DNA of 64,000 nucleotides from Verrucomicrobiota bacterium (GCA_027622665.1 JAQBYT010000013.1:1-64000); one strand, 5' to 3'. Numbered from the stretch's first letter, positions 49,293-59,266 are shown. The notes: generated by a model not told the origin, from the letters alone. Numbers and translations: made by a program.

Positions 49293-49362
49293 TGATCGGA
49301 GATCGGCCGGAAAAGATACTTAGGTCTTGATCCGAGGGGAAAGGGAATTGTCAAGAACGGGT

Positions 49363-50187
49363 CTATTTAGGGACCGCAGGATTCGCCCAGTTCCCGGAGA
49401 CGTCTTGACCGCGGACCAAGATACCCTTGTGACGCCAGTCGTAGTAGGCTTTCACCTCGGTCGCGGCGTAGCGCAGGGTGAGTCCGCAGCGACGTCGATC
49501 CGAGCCGTTCGGTTTCGAGCCGTGCAGCAAGAGGTCGCAATGCATGGAGAACTGACCGGCTTTCAGGGTGACGTCGACCGAAGGGTCGCCGTGTTTCTCG
49601 GGATCTTTCGTCTCCAGGTTGAGCACCGCATGCGGGTCATCCTTTAGCTGGTAGTCGATAGCCCCGTGCAGGTGTGATCGAGGAATGAATCGCATATTCG
49701 CGTTTTCGGGATCCGCATCGTCGATGGCCAACCAGACAGTTACCGTTCGGGCCGGAGTTATCGGCCAATAGATTGCGTCCTGATGCCAAGGCACTGCTTT
49801 GCCGTCACGAGGCAACTTGCAGAAAAAATGGGCTCCCCAACCCACGAGGTTTTCGCCTAGCAAGTCGGATACGGGGCCGAGAATTGCCGGATGGCTCAAG
49901 AGGCGATAAATCCGGGCGAAGCGAAGGTGAGCGGTGCTGATGGAGTAACTGTCTCTTCCCATGTTTTGAAACGCCTCCAAGGCTCCTTCGAAGAAATTGC
50001 GGAGGTCGCGGATCTCACCTTCGTCCAATCCATCGAACGGCATCAGGTAACCGAATGTATTGTAGAGATCGATTTGTTCAGGAGTAAGAACTTTAGGATT
50101 TTCAGTTTCCGTCGGCACGAAGCAAACCTCGCGATCTAGAGCTTGCAGTTGTTCGTCGGTGGGATTCGGTATGTCGTCGGGATGCAT
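49363..50187 (-). CDS. Phytanoyl-CoA dioxygenase (PhyH) family 2OG-Fe(II) enzyme
   Basis: FFCK, PWHQD, VWLAIDD, IPRSH, LLHGS.PN..RRCG. Confidence 0.92.
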   Translation of the reverse strand: MHPDDIPNPTDEQLQALDREVCFVPTETENPKVLTPEQIDLYNTFGYLMPFDGLDEGEIRDLRNFFEGALEAFQNMGRDSYSISTAHLRFARIYRLLSHPAILGPVSDLLGENLVGWGAHFFCKLPRDGKAVPWHQDAIYWPITPARTVTVWLAIDDADPENANMRFIPRSHLHGAIDYQLKDDPHAVLNLETKDPEKHGDPSVDVTLKAGQFSMHCDLLLHGSKPNGSDRRRCGLTLRYAATEVKAYYDWRHKGILVRGQDVSGNWANPAVPK

Positions 50188-50203
50188 GGGATCGCCTGTT
50201 GCC

Positions 50204-52327
50204 TTACTTCCGAGGTAGCGCGAAGGCGACCCAAGCGTCGCCCTTTGTGGCGGTTACGCGAACATTGCCGGTTGCAGGTACGACTATGTATTGGCGACCG
50301 TTGATCCCGTAGGTAGCGGGTGGAGCGGAACCAACGAAAGGCAGACGGGCGGACCACAGTTCTTTGCCCGAGGTTTTGTCGAAGGCCCGTATTTTGTTGT
50401 CGGCGGTGCCTGAGCAAAAAACTAGGCCCCCCTTGGTGACCAAGGGTCCGCCGAAATTGCGCGTGCCGGTCAGCGGCATGCCCTGTGCCGTCAGTTCCTC
50501 GTATTCGCCATAGGGGATTTTCCATGCAAGTCTCCCGCTGTTTAGGTCGATGGCGGAGAGGATGCCCCAAGGCGGCTTTATGCCGGGGTAGCCTTCATGA
50601 TCGAAGAGCTTGGGGAACCCGCCAAAGCCGTAGCTTGGGCGTTCGGGCCTTGTCAGTGGTTTCGGGTACTCACGGTCGCGGTCAAACAGGTAGTCCATGA
50701 GATCATCAGTTTGCTTTTTGTCGAGTACGGGAAGGGGCGGCATGCTTCCACGACCCTTGGGAATGAGATCGCGAACGTCTTGGTCTTTCAGCCGGGAGGA
50801 CAAGCCGACGATGGAAGGGGCTACACCCACGCCTTGGCGGCTGGGCCCGTGACAGGCGATGCAGAAAGTTTCGTAGATTTTGCGACCGGCAGTGGATGTC
50901 AGTTTAGTCTCGTCGACCGCGGCTCGATCGGTGCGAGTGATCTTAACGATTGAGGGCAATTCGGTGGCGCTTACGTAGAGGAGTTCACTCTCAGGATCGA
51001 AGCAGGCCCCTGTCCACTCGGCGCCCCCATGTGTGCCGGGCATCATGACGATGGGCATGCCGGGAGCATGGGTCTGGTAGAACCCGAAACGGGCACCCTC
51101 TATCTGTTTCAGGACATGAGCTCGGGCTTCGGGCGAGCGGTCGGGAACGTCGTCACTGGTGAAGACTTGTCGAATGAAGGATTCGGGCAACTCCGGAGCC
51201 GGTTGGTAGGCTGAGGTGAGTTCACCTGGGGTGGGGGAGGTAGGGGCTCTCTTCAGGCGAAAGGGAAAGAGCGGCTTTCCCGTCACTCGATCGAGCACGA
51301 GGGTGTTGCCCATCTTCGTTACCTGAGCGACGGCGTCCACTTTACGACCATTGCGAGTAACGGTGACGAGGTTGGGTGCGCAGGGGATGTCGAGGTCCCA
51401 TATGTCGTGTCGTATCTCCTGGAAGTGCCAGATTCTCTTGCCCGTGAGAGCGTCGATGGCGATCACGCAATTGGCGAACAGATTGAGTCCGCGGTGGGTG
51501 TGCCCGAGGAAATTGGGCTTGGGTGAACCAGTGCTGACGTAGGCGATGCCGCGATGGGCGTCGAGAGACATGCCACCCCAGCAGTTGGCCCCACTTTCGG
51601 GGCGGTCCCAAGTATCATGTCCGAATTCGCCTTCCTCGGGTATGGTGTGAAAAGTCCAGAGCTTTTCGCCCGTGCGAACGTCGAACCCGAAGACATCCTT
51701 GCGGAATCCCGCCAGCACTAGGACGTCCTTAAAAATAGCTCCTGCCGCCCGTACCTCCGGCCCCGGCTTGGCGAATAGGACTTTACCATCCTTGGGGCGA
51801 AGGGCGTAAAGGTTTTCGCCCGCAGTGAAAAGAATACGACCCTCGTGTTTTTCGTTCCCTTCCCAGTGAACCATTCCGCGAAAAGCGGGCTGCCCTCCTT
51901 TTTCGTTTCGGAAATTCCACAGTTCCTTGCCTGTGGCGGCATCCAGTCCAACCATTCGCTTGCCTGGGGTCGGAGTGATCAACACCCCTTGCACCACAAT
52001 CGGATTGGCTTGTACGTTCGCCTTGCCGTCATCGCTGCGATAAATCCAAGCCATCTCAAGATCGGATACGTTATCCAAATTGATTTGATCCAGCAGGGAA
52101 TAACGGGAGGATGCTGCGTCGCCTTGAGAACGTCGCCAGTCAATGAAGTCCTGTTTTTTTGGCCACTTTGCCGCAGGTGTCATTTCTTCCGGTTTGGCGG
52201 CGGGTATGGTCTTGTAGAGAGGGAGCTTTTCGCGGGCCTTAGCGTCCTCAACCGCCCAGTAGTCGGGTGGTTTTCCTGTGACGGTAGATACCAAGCTTAG
52301 GAGCAATAATGTGAGATTTGTTCTCAT
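50204..52327 (-). CDS. PQQ-binding quinoprotein glucose dehydrogenase-like protein with internal cytochrome c
   Basis: RYSLLDQIN, QANPIV, GANCWGGMS, WHFQ...HDIWDLD, GGAEW, CIACH, PPWG, FGGPLVT; signal peptide from ATG 52327. Confidence 0.9.
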   Translation of the reverse strand: MRTNLTLLLLSLVSTVTGKPPDYWAVEDAKAREKLPLYKTIPAAKPEEMTPAAKWPKKQDFIDWRRSQGDAASSRYSLLDQINLDNVSDLEMAWIYRSDDGKANVQANPIVVQGVLITPTPGKRMVGLDAATGKELWNFRNEKGGQPAFRGMVHWEGNEKHEGRILFTAGENLYALRPKDGKVLFAKPGPEVRAAGAIFKDVLVLAGFRKDVFGFDVRTGEKLWTFHTIPEEGEFGHDTWDRPESGANCWGGMSLDAHRGIAYVSTGSPKPNFLGHTHRGLNLFANCVIAIDALTGKRIWHFQEIRHDIWDLDIPCAPNLVTVTRNGRKVDAVAQVTKMGNTLVLDRVTGKPLFPFRLKRAPTSPTPGELTSAYQPAPELPESFIRQVFTSDDVPDRSPEARAHVLKQIEGARFGFYQTHAPGMPIVMMPGTHGGAEWTGACFDPESELLYVSATELPSIVKITRTDRAAVDETKLTSTAGRKIYETFCIACHGPSRQGVGVAPSIVGLSSRLKDQDVRDLIPKGRGSMPPLPVLDKKQTDDLMDYLFDRDREYPKPLTRPERPSYGFGGFPKLFDHEGYPGIKPPWGILSAIDLNSGRLAWKIPYGEYEELTAQGMPLTGTRNFGGPLVTKGGLVFCSGTADNKIRAFDKTSGKELWSARLPFVGSAPPATYGINGRQYIVVPATGNVRVTATKGDAWVAFALPRK

Positions 52328-52423
52328 GCTTGAATCGAAGTTGCGGAAACCTAAGCTGTGGGCAAACCAAATGCGAACTCCTTTCCGCTTGTTTCCCCGG
52401 TGCTTTAACGCCACCAATGAGGC

Positions 52424-53899
52424 ATGAATATAATTCACATCGCTGTTTTTTCCTTCCTGGTAACTGTTGGTAGCCTGTTGGCCCGCAAGCCGAATGTGGT
52501 CTACGTCATGGCCGACGATCTTGGTTATGCCGAGCTCGGAAGCTACGGACAGAAGAAGATCAAGACTCCTCGCCTCGACCAATTGGCTGCCGAGGGCATG
52601 CGTTTTATGCGTAACTATTCCGGCAACGCCGTCTGCGCTCCGTCCCGCTGCGTCCTGATGACGGGCAAGCATCCCGGACACGCCTTCATTCGCAACAACG
52701 GCGAAGTGAAACCCGAAGGTCAGCGTCCCATTCCCAAGGGAGAGGTCACCATTGCGGAGCTACTGAAGAAGCAAGGCTACGCTACCGGGGCCTTCGGCAA
52801 GTGGGGCCTAGGCAGCCCCGGTTCGGAAGGCGACCCAGTCAACCAAGGATTTGACCGTTTCTTCGGTTACAACTGCCAGCGACACGCCCACAGCTATTAT
52901 CCGAATTATCTTTGGAGCGACAAGAAACGCATCGCCCTCAACAACGAACCTCCTGTGCCCGGTCATGCCTCCCTACCCAAGGGCGCCGATCCCAGTGACC
53001 CTCGGAGCTACGATGTGTTTAAGGGTAAGGAATATGCCCCTGACCGTATTAACGAGGAAGCCCTCAAGTTCGTCCGAAAGAACAAGGACAAGCCCTTTTT
53101 TCTCTATTATCCGACCGTGATACCACATGTCGCCTTGCATGTGCCAGACGAGGAACTGAAGCCTTACTTGGTCCAAAAATGGAACGATCCGCCGTTTTCC
53201 CGGCATCAAGGTTACGGTTATACCCCGCACTTCACACCGCGAGCCGCCTACGCCGCCATGATCACCCGCATGGACACCTATATTGGCCGTGTCCTCGACT
53301 TGATCGACGAACTGGGCCTGACCGACGACACCATCGTGGTCTTCACCTCGGACAATGGGACTACGCACCTCAAACTGGAGGTGGACTACGATTTCTTCAA
53401 CAGTGTAGACAAACTGCGCGGATTGAAGGGTTCGCTATACGAGGGTGGTATTCGCGTGCCACTTATCGTGAAATGGCCCGGCAAGGTGAAGGCGGGTTCG
53501 CAGTCCGATTTAGTGACCGGCCTTGAGGACTGGATGGCCACCATCCTTGATTTGATAGATGCCAAGGGGCTCCTTCCCCCCGATCGCGACGGAATCAGCA
53601 TCGCGCCCACCTTGCTTGGCAAAAAGCAAACCAAGCGGTCCTTTCTCTATCGTGAGTTTTCGGGTTACGGTGGGCAACAGGCAGTCTGGCAAGGAAAGTG
53701 GAAAGGCATCCGCCAAAAAATGCTTCGCAAGGGCAAGAACCACGACCCGCTTAAGATCGAACTTTACGATATGGAAAGTGATCCCTCTGAAAGCACGGAT
53801 CTCGCGGCCAAGCATCCCGAAATGGTCGAGCGCATGGCAAAGCTCATGGCTGAACAACATGTACCATCACTGCACTTTCCTATGAAGCCGATCGACTGA
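52424..53899 (+). CDS. Arylsulfatase (S1 family), exported
   Basis: PNVVYVMADDLG, CAPSRCVLMTG, GKWGLG, SDNG, KGSLYEGGIRVP. Confidence 0.95.
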   Translation: MNIIHIAVFSFLVTVGSLLARKPNVVYVMADDLGYAELGSYGQKKIKTPRLDQLAAEGMRFMRNYSGNAVCAPSRCVLMTGKHPGHAFIRNNGEVKPEGQRPIPKGEVTIAELLKKQGYATGAFGKWGLGSPGSEGDPVNQGFDRFFGYNCQRHAHSYYPNYLWSDKKRIALNNEPPVPGHASLPKGADPSDPRSYDVFKGKEYAPDRINEEALKFVRKNKDKPFFLYYPTVIPHVALHVPDEELKPYLVQKWNDPPFSRHQGYGYTPHFTPRAAYAAMITRMDTYIGRVLDLIDELGLTDDTIVVFTSDNGTTHLKLEVDYDFFNSVDKLRGLKGSLYEGGIRVPLIVKWPGKVKAGSQSDLVTGLEDWMATILDLIDAKGLLPPDRDGISIAPTLLGKKQTKRSFLYREFSGYGGQQAVWQGKWKGIRQKMLRKGKNHDPLKIELYDMESDPSESTDLAAKHPEMVERMAKLMAEQHVPSLHFPMKPID

Positions 53900-53907
53900 C
53901 GCTCGTA

Positions 53908-54892
53908 TCAAGCGGCGACTAGCGAAGCCATTACTTTGCGAGTTCCGGTGAAGGAACGTCGACCGTGCATAGCGACGTAGTTGTCCACCAAGACCAAGTC
54001 TCCCGGTTGCCAAGGAACGTCGAAGGTCAATTCGTCGGCCAAGGCGCTGGCCGTTTCCACATCGCTAGTGTCCAGCGATGAACCGTCGCCAAAGGTGATT
54101 GCCTTGGCGGGATCGTTTCGGGCGTCCTTCCATCCCGAGAAAGCGACGATTAACTGGTTGAAAAAACTGTACCTTCCCTTATCCAGTTCTCGCACGGCTG
54201 GCAGGACGGGAGTAGTGGAGCGAAGGTCGCCGTTAGGCAACCATTCCCAAACATAGTCCAACGTCGCCATGCGGGTCTCGGCGTCTTCCCGGGTGTCGGC
54301 ACTGAAAGTACTTTGCCAACTGCGTCCCATGCTGGACGCCTTGTCGGTTTCCGTGGGCATGACATTGGAATACAGCAGACCCTTTTCCTTGCAGTCACTA
54401 GCGAAGGCAGCACGTTTTTCGACCAGTCGTTCCCACAGTACGTCGGACCGACAGATGGGGGTCTTTCCGCCGGTTTCGGGCACTACCTGACAGAAAAAGA
54501 AAAGCTTGCTCGGATAGATCGGCGTCTGGGCCATTTCATGGTGCAGTGAAATGGTTTCCTCCGGAGGTGCTTCGTTGGCTGAGAACACCCGCGGAGTATA
54601 GTTGATGCGATAGGCGTTCGAGAGGGAGTCGTCGTAGGAAAATCCGGGCAAGTCGAAAGCCTGCACTGCAGTATCGAAATCTTCTGCCGAAGCCAAAGGG
54701 AATCCACGGAGAAAAACAGCTCCATGCTGGGTTGCTTGCGAGGAAAGCCTGGATGCATTTTTAGGCCATCCATGACGTAGCTTCTCCCATGCTCGCCTCG
54801 TCGGAGTCACAGCGATAGGCGAGGGGGAAAGTCCGTCCGTCGTGTACTTGTTGCCCTTCCGGTTCAAGGAGCGTTACGTCAAGGTCGCCCAT
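53908..54892 (-). pseudogene. TauD/TfdA (SyrP-like) dioxygenase split by a 1-nt frameshift (pseudogene or sequence error)
   Basis: N-terminal MGDLDV...FPL...SWMA stops at 54761-63; the catalytic part (HGAVFLRGF, LHHEM, GGKTP, DNY.AMHGR) continues in the +1 frame. Confidence 0.8.
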
Positions 54893-54979
54893 TTGAACGG
54901 AAATAGTTGTCTGCTGCTTTTCTTTCTCTGGGTACAAACTTGAAAGCGTACCCTTACTTCTCATTAAGCCTATGAATTG

Positions 54980-56059
54980 TTAGTTTTGGTGCGGATAGAG
55001 TGACCAAGTCTTGTTTTGGACGCTGTACATATACAAACCGTTGCTAGCTGGGCGACAATACAACCACCCGTTTTCTAAATAGGAGTAAGCCCATGGATAG
55101 GCTCCAAACCAATACCAACCTCCTGGCGGAACATAAGACGACGACTTTGTTTCGTTGTTTCCCGAAGAAGTTGGTTCGGGATCGGTCAAATCGGGGATTC
55201 CGTCGGAATCATAGTCGTTGGTATCCGTTATGAAGACCTTCCAGTTTGCGAAATCTACCCAAGAGGTGTCCACTTCGCCGTCCTTCAGGCTTAGTTGACC
55301 TGAGTAAGTGTTTCCATTTCGGCTTAAGTCTGCAATTTTTGAATATATGGTGTCCGCTCCATCCGTTAATGTCATTCCTCCCAATGATAAAGTTTCACTG
55401 TCGAATTCATATTGACCAGATCCAGTTACTTTCACAGTCACTCCTTCTGATGTTGGGGAGGTGGCACTTAATGAGAGATTGCTTTCATCGTTGTACTGAA
55501 CTTCGCCTGACCAAGAACTTATGTACCATGTCCCTGTGAAGTTGTAGGAAGTTACATCTGTACCGTTGGAGTAAGTAAGAAGGTATGTCCCAAAGTTTGA
55601 ATTAGCGTTTCGAGAAAACCTAGCGGTAAGGATTGGAGCTGAATAATCACCGTTTTTGTCCCAATGGACTATTTCTGTTATTGTTACGTTAGCATTGACG
55701 CTTTTTTCTTTCTCCAAGAAATCAAGAACCCCGTTTGAATTCGAATCGTGGGAAGGCATGCCCATTGATAAGGTTCCATAGGCTCGAACACCATAGGCAT
55801 CGGTTCCAATATAGTCCACTTTGTAAGTTGTTGAACCAATGGAAGAAGGTTTGACTTCTCCGCTAACTTTTCCATCCGTATTGTAAGGATAGCCAGAGGT
55901 TCCATCATAGGTGGTGAAATAGGTTACATCTCCATCTTTCCAATCTAGCGGAGTCAACTGGAACGAGTAACAGTGTGCGGTGATTGTTGCTGTTTTCGTC
56001 GATGAGAAGGCAAGGTTGATCATCAACATCGGCAAGATAGCGAAGAGTAAGTTTTTCAT
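54980..56059 (-). CDS. Secreted Ser/Thr/Tyr-rich hypothetical protein, low GC
   Basis: Signal peptide; Asp-rich loops DSNSNGVLD and DYDSDGIPD; C-terminal GWYWFGAYPWAYSYLENGWLY. Confidence 0.75.
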   Translation of the reverse strand: MKNLLFAILPMLMINLAFSSTKTATITAHCYSFQLTPLDWKDGDVTYFTTYDGTSGYPYNTDGKVSGEVKPSSIGSTTYKVDYIGTDAYGVRAYGTLSMGMPSHDSNSNGVLDFLEKEKSVNANVTITEIVHWDKNGDYSAPILTARFSRNANSNFGTYLLTYSNGTDVTSYNFTGTWYISSWSGEVQYNDESNLSLSATSPTSEGVTVKVTGSGQYEFDSETLSLGGMTLTDGADTIYSKIADLSRNGNTYSGQLSLKDGEVDTSWVDFANWKVFITDTNDYDSDGIPDLTDPEPTSSGNNETKSSSYVPPGGWYWFGAYPWAYSYLENGWLYCRPASNGLYMYSVQNKTWSLYPHQN

Positions 56060-56118
56060 AGTTCCTGTCTGTTTGGTAAACGATTACAGTCGTAACTGCT
56101 TGCAGGGAATCGAATCAA

Positions 56119-56709
56119 TTACTTTTTTGCTTTTTTTGTGCTTTCGGGGAGAAACTGCACGGAGTCCACTATCACGTACTTACCCTCGGTGCCGCCGGTT
56201 CCGATGGTGACGGAACCTTTCTTTCCTTTATCAAATCGGAAGGTGCCCAACGAGCGGAAGAGCTTTTGGATGGGGGCGTGCTCGCCTTCGTTCACCTGCA
56301 CTACGGTTTTGCCGTCGGCATGTCGTATGGTGACGGGCACGCCGTTTGCACGTCGGATGTTGGAGTTGTGAGACATGCGGACCTCGTAGAGACCCGCCTT
56401 GGGGAGGTCGGGGGTGAAGGTGGCGGACTTCTTTCCCTTTCCCTCCTTCATGTCGTGGAGGTAGCTCTTGCCCACGAAGGGCGGGGTGTGCACGGAATGC
56501 TTCCACTGCCCGACCAGTTTGGCTTCGACGTCGTCTACTACAATGCCGGGAAGCGCCGTGGGATCGGGCTTGATGAAGCGAATCATCTCTGGCTTGTCCA
56601 CTTGACTGGGTTTGGGAAGAGTGGGGGAGTTGTCGCCGAGAAGAGACTCTGCAAATCCGCATGTGATAAGTGGGACAATAAGGCAAAGGTTTCTTGGCTT
56701 GATCATCAT
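56119..56709 (-). CDS. Secreted protein with golvesin / xanthan-lyase C-terminal-like beta-sandwich
   Basis: GIVVDD, YLHD, ATFTPDLPKAGLYEVR, VPVTIRHADG, LGTFRF, VIVDSVQF. Confidence 0.7.
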   Translation of the reverse strand: MMIKPRNLCLIVPLITCGFAESLLGDNSPTLPKPSQVDKPEMIRFIKPDPTALPGIVVDDVEAKLVGQWKHSVHTPPFVGKSYLHDMKEGKGKKSATFTPDLPKAGLYEVRMSHNSNIRRANGVPVTIRHADGKTVVQVNEGEHAPIQKLFRSLGTFRFDKGKKGSVTIGTGGTEGKYVIVDSVQFLPESTKKAKK

Positions 56710-56725
56710 GTTGTTTTTTACGAGC

Positions 56726-58726
56726 TCAACTGAACAGCAACAATCCCTGATAAGTTGCGAATGCGGCGAAGTAAGCCAGAATCGTCATGTATCCGAATTG
56801 CAGTGCAGCCCATTTCCAACTGCCGGTTTCCCTTCGTGTCACCACTTGGGTCGGAAGGCATTGCATGGCCAGTACGTAAAACACCAATAGGCTCAAACAT
56901 GTCGCGGTAGTGAAAACAGGTGATCCGTCTGAGCGCTTTGAGGCCCGCAATGCATCGTACAGAGAATCTGGATCTTCTTCTCCGGCATCACTGCCCACAC
57001 CATACACGATGGAAAGGGTGGATACGATTACTTCGCGAGCTGCGAACGAGCTGATTACTCCTACCCCAATCTGCCAATCGAAACCAAGAGGCGCGATGAC
57101 TGGTTCGATGGCTTGACCCAAGCGCCCGGCAAATGAGTTGGCGAAAGCGTGTTGTGCTTGCAAGCGAGATGCTTCTTTTGCCATCGCTTCGTCATTTGTC
57201 CGCTCTGCTTTTTCGAACATTTGAGAGACCGACGCGGTGGGATCACTTTTCGGGTAGGTCGAGGCAGCCCATAACAATATCGAGATCAACATAATCACGG
57301 TGCCCGCTCGGCGGACGAAGATGCCTGCTCTATCAAATGCCATGAGGAACGCGTTGCGAATCGAAGGCATCTTGTACCTCGGTAATTCCAATACCAGTGG
57401 TCGAGTTTCGCCGGGAAGAATGGTGCGGCGAAGAACGAAAGCCATGACTAAAGCTACGATTCCGCCGAGGGCGTAGGCACCCGTAAAGGTGAGAGCCGCC
57501 ATCATCGGTTCACTCGGGAAGAGCAAGGCGCAGACCATTGCGTAGACAGGGATTCTGGCCGAACAGGTGAGCAAGGGCAGGACGAGGATCGTTACGAGTC
57601 GGTCTCGTTTGTCTTCGATTCCTCTCGTTGCCATGATGCCGGGGATTGCGCAGGCGTGAGCGGAAAGCATGGGTACGAAGGCCTTTCCGGGCAGACCGAC
57701 CCTTCGCATCAAACGGTCCATGACGAATGCGGCGCGAGCCAAGTAACCCGTATCCTCGAGCAAGGTTAGGGAGAAGAATAGAATGCAGATTTGCGGAAGG
57801 AAAACGAGCATGCCTCCGACTCCTCCGATCACCCCCTCGACCAGAAGACTGTTGAGGTCACCCTGCGGAAGGTGTTGGCTTACGAAGGAACCCGTATGGG
57901 CGAAAAGTCCGTCGATCCAGCCCATGGGATACTGGGCGATGTAGAAGACCATGAAGAAGAAAGACAACATCACGGTCGCGAAAGCTAAAATACCGCCTAC
58001 GGGGTGCGTGAGCAATCGATCGATCTCGAAGGACTTGTCGGTTTGTGAAGAGACCTTCGAGTGGACGTGTTTATCACAAACTTCCCGAGTCCAGTCAAAG
58101 TGTGCCTTGAATGGGCAACTGTTGCAATTACAGGCGTGTTGGAGCCTTTCGGGCATGGAGGTTGAGGCGATTTGACCTTTGAGCATTCGCTCACATTCTT
58201 CGCGAAGTCCTTCGAAGCCTGATCCTGCTCTTCCGTCGATGGAGACGATCGGGCATCCCAACTCAAGACTCAGGGCTTCGGTATCAATCGATGTTTGCTC
58301 TCGCCTCGCCAAATCCATCATCGTCAGCGCTACCACCACGGGTAAATTCATCTCGAGAATTTGGCCGGCAAGGTATAGGTTTCGCTCCAGATTGGTTGCA
58401 TCTGCCACCACGATTATGCCGGCTGGCTTTTCCCTACCCTCGATCCGCCCTTGGAGTGCGTCCCCGGCCAATTTTTCTTCGTCGGAGCAATCGTTCAGGC
58501 TGTATAGGCCCGGAAGGTCGAGGAGTTCGACTTCCTCATCGCCAAACTTGGTTCGCGATGTTCGGCATTCGATTGTGGTGCCGGGAAAATTAGATGTTTT
58601 TGCCCTTAAACCCGTCAAGGCGTTGAAAAGAGTGGTTTTGCCTGCGTTGGGATTCCCGGCTATGGCGATGACTGGAACGTTGACAGTGCGAGCTTTGGCT
58701 TGTTCTTGATGAAGTGCTGTCGTCAT
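56726..58726 (-). CDS. feoB: Ferrous iron transporter FeoB
   Basis: G1 GNPNAGKTT, NFPGTT, DLPGLYSL, DATNLERNL; gate motifs LEDTGYLARAAF, CSARIPVY, FAAREV. Confidence 0.97.
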   Translation of the reverse strand: MTTALHQEQAKARTVNVPVIAIAGNPNAGKTTLFNALTGLRAKTSNFPGTTIECRTSRTKFGDEEVELLDLPGLYSLNDCSDEEKLAGDALQGRIEGREKPAGIIVVADATNLERNLYLAGQILEMNLPVVVALTMMDLARREQTSIDTEALSLELGCPIVSIDGRAGSGFEGLREECERMLKGQIASTSMPERLQHACNCNSCPFKAHFDWTREVCDKHVHSKVSSQTDKSFEIDRLLTHPVGGILAFATVMLSFFFMVFYIAQYPMGWIDGLFAHTGSFVSQHLPQGDLNSLLVEGVIGGVGGMLVFLPQICILFFSLTLLEDTGYLARAAFVMDRLMRRVGLPGKAFVPMLSAHACAIPGIMATRGIEDKRDRLVTILVLPLLTCSARIPVYAMVCALLFPSEPMMAALTFTGAYALGGIVALVMAFVLRRTILPGETRPLVLELPRYKMPSIRNAFLMAFDRAGIFVRRAGTVIMLISILLWAASTYPKSDPTASVSQMFEKAERTNDEAMAKEASRLQAQHAFANSFAGRLGQAIEPVIAPLGFDWQIGVGVISSFAAREVIVSTLSIVYGVGSDAGEEDPDSLYDALRASKRSDGSPVFTTATCLSLLVFYVLAMQCLPTQVVTRRETGSWKWAALQFGYMTILAYFAAFATYQGLLLFS

Positions 58727-58752
58727 CGGTGTTCTTGGGCGTCCTTACTCTA

Positions 58753-59028
58753 TCAAGAGAAAGTCTCTTCATCGCATGGGGTCACGCTTACCGTTTCTCC
58801 CAAACGCCTAGAAACTCCAAGCTTCGATCCTACGACTTGTAAGATCATGGGGTCTCCCAGTTGCTCCAACTTAATGATTTGGCCTGTGCATACCCCCATC
58901 GCCATCAGCCTTTTTGCATCATCGTTATCCGCCACGACCTGTACTACCAGTCCGCACTTTCCCGGTTCAAGTTTGTCGAGAGGTATGACGGAGCCTTTGC
59001 CTTGGAACGCAGGAGCATTGTTGGTCAT
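58753..59028 (-). CDS. feoA: Ferrous iron transport protein FeoA
   Basis: LEPG...RLMAMG...G...LGDPM; directly upstream of feoB. Confidence 0.93.
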   Translation of the reverse strand: MTNNAPAFQGKGSVIPLDKLEPGKCGLVVQVVADNDDAKRLMAMGVCTGQIIKLEQLGDPMILQVVGSKLGVSRRLGETVSVTPCDEETFS

Positions 59029-59084
59029 GTGAATTTTGTTGAAAAGAAAAAGGGAAACATGAATGCGATCGAGGGTTCCTGGAC

Positions 59085-59101
59085 TTGAGACTGAATCTCA
59101 A
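59085..59101. promoter_or_regulatory. Fur-box-like operator upstream of feoA
   Basis: TTGAGA-CTGAA-TCTCAA palindrome, 2 mismatches to a TGAGAATnATTCTCA 7-1-7 box; minus-strand TTGACC at 59123-59128 would place the start site inside it. Confidence 0.7.
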
Positions 59102-59266
59102 CAGCATGGCAATCCCTTTCTGGGTCAAGTGAGGAAATGATTGAATGAACATAAAACTAAAGCTTCTCTCCTCATCTTAATAATAGTCGTCAAGGGACGA
59201 GGGTTTCTCACCTCGCTTCTTTTCCGCTTGCGTGACATGGATGATTTTGTTTGCCCGTGTTGTGTT

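Noticed and set aside
52328..52681. N-terminal extension of the 825-aa ORF
   Set aside because: It overlaps the opposite-strand sulfatase; a signal peptide begins at ATG 52327
54765..54867. TTG 54867 as the start of the TauD protein
   Set aside because: Its first ~34 residues are out of frame with the family-like N-terminus starting at ATG 54892
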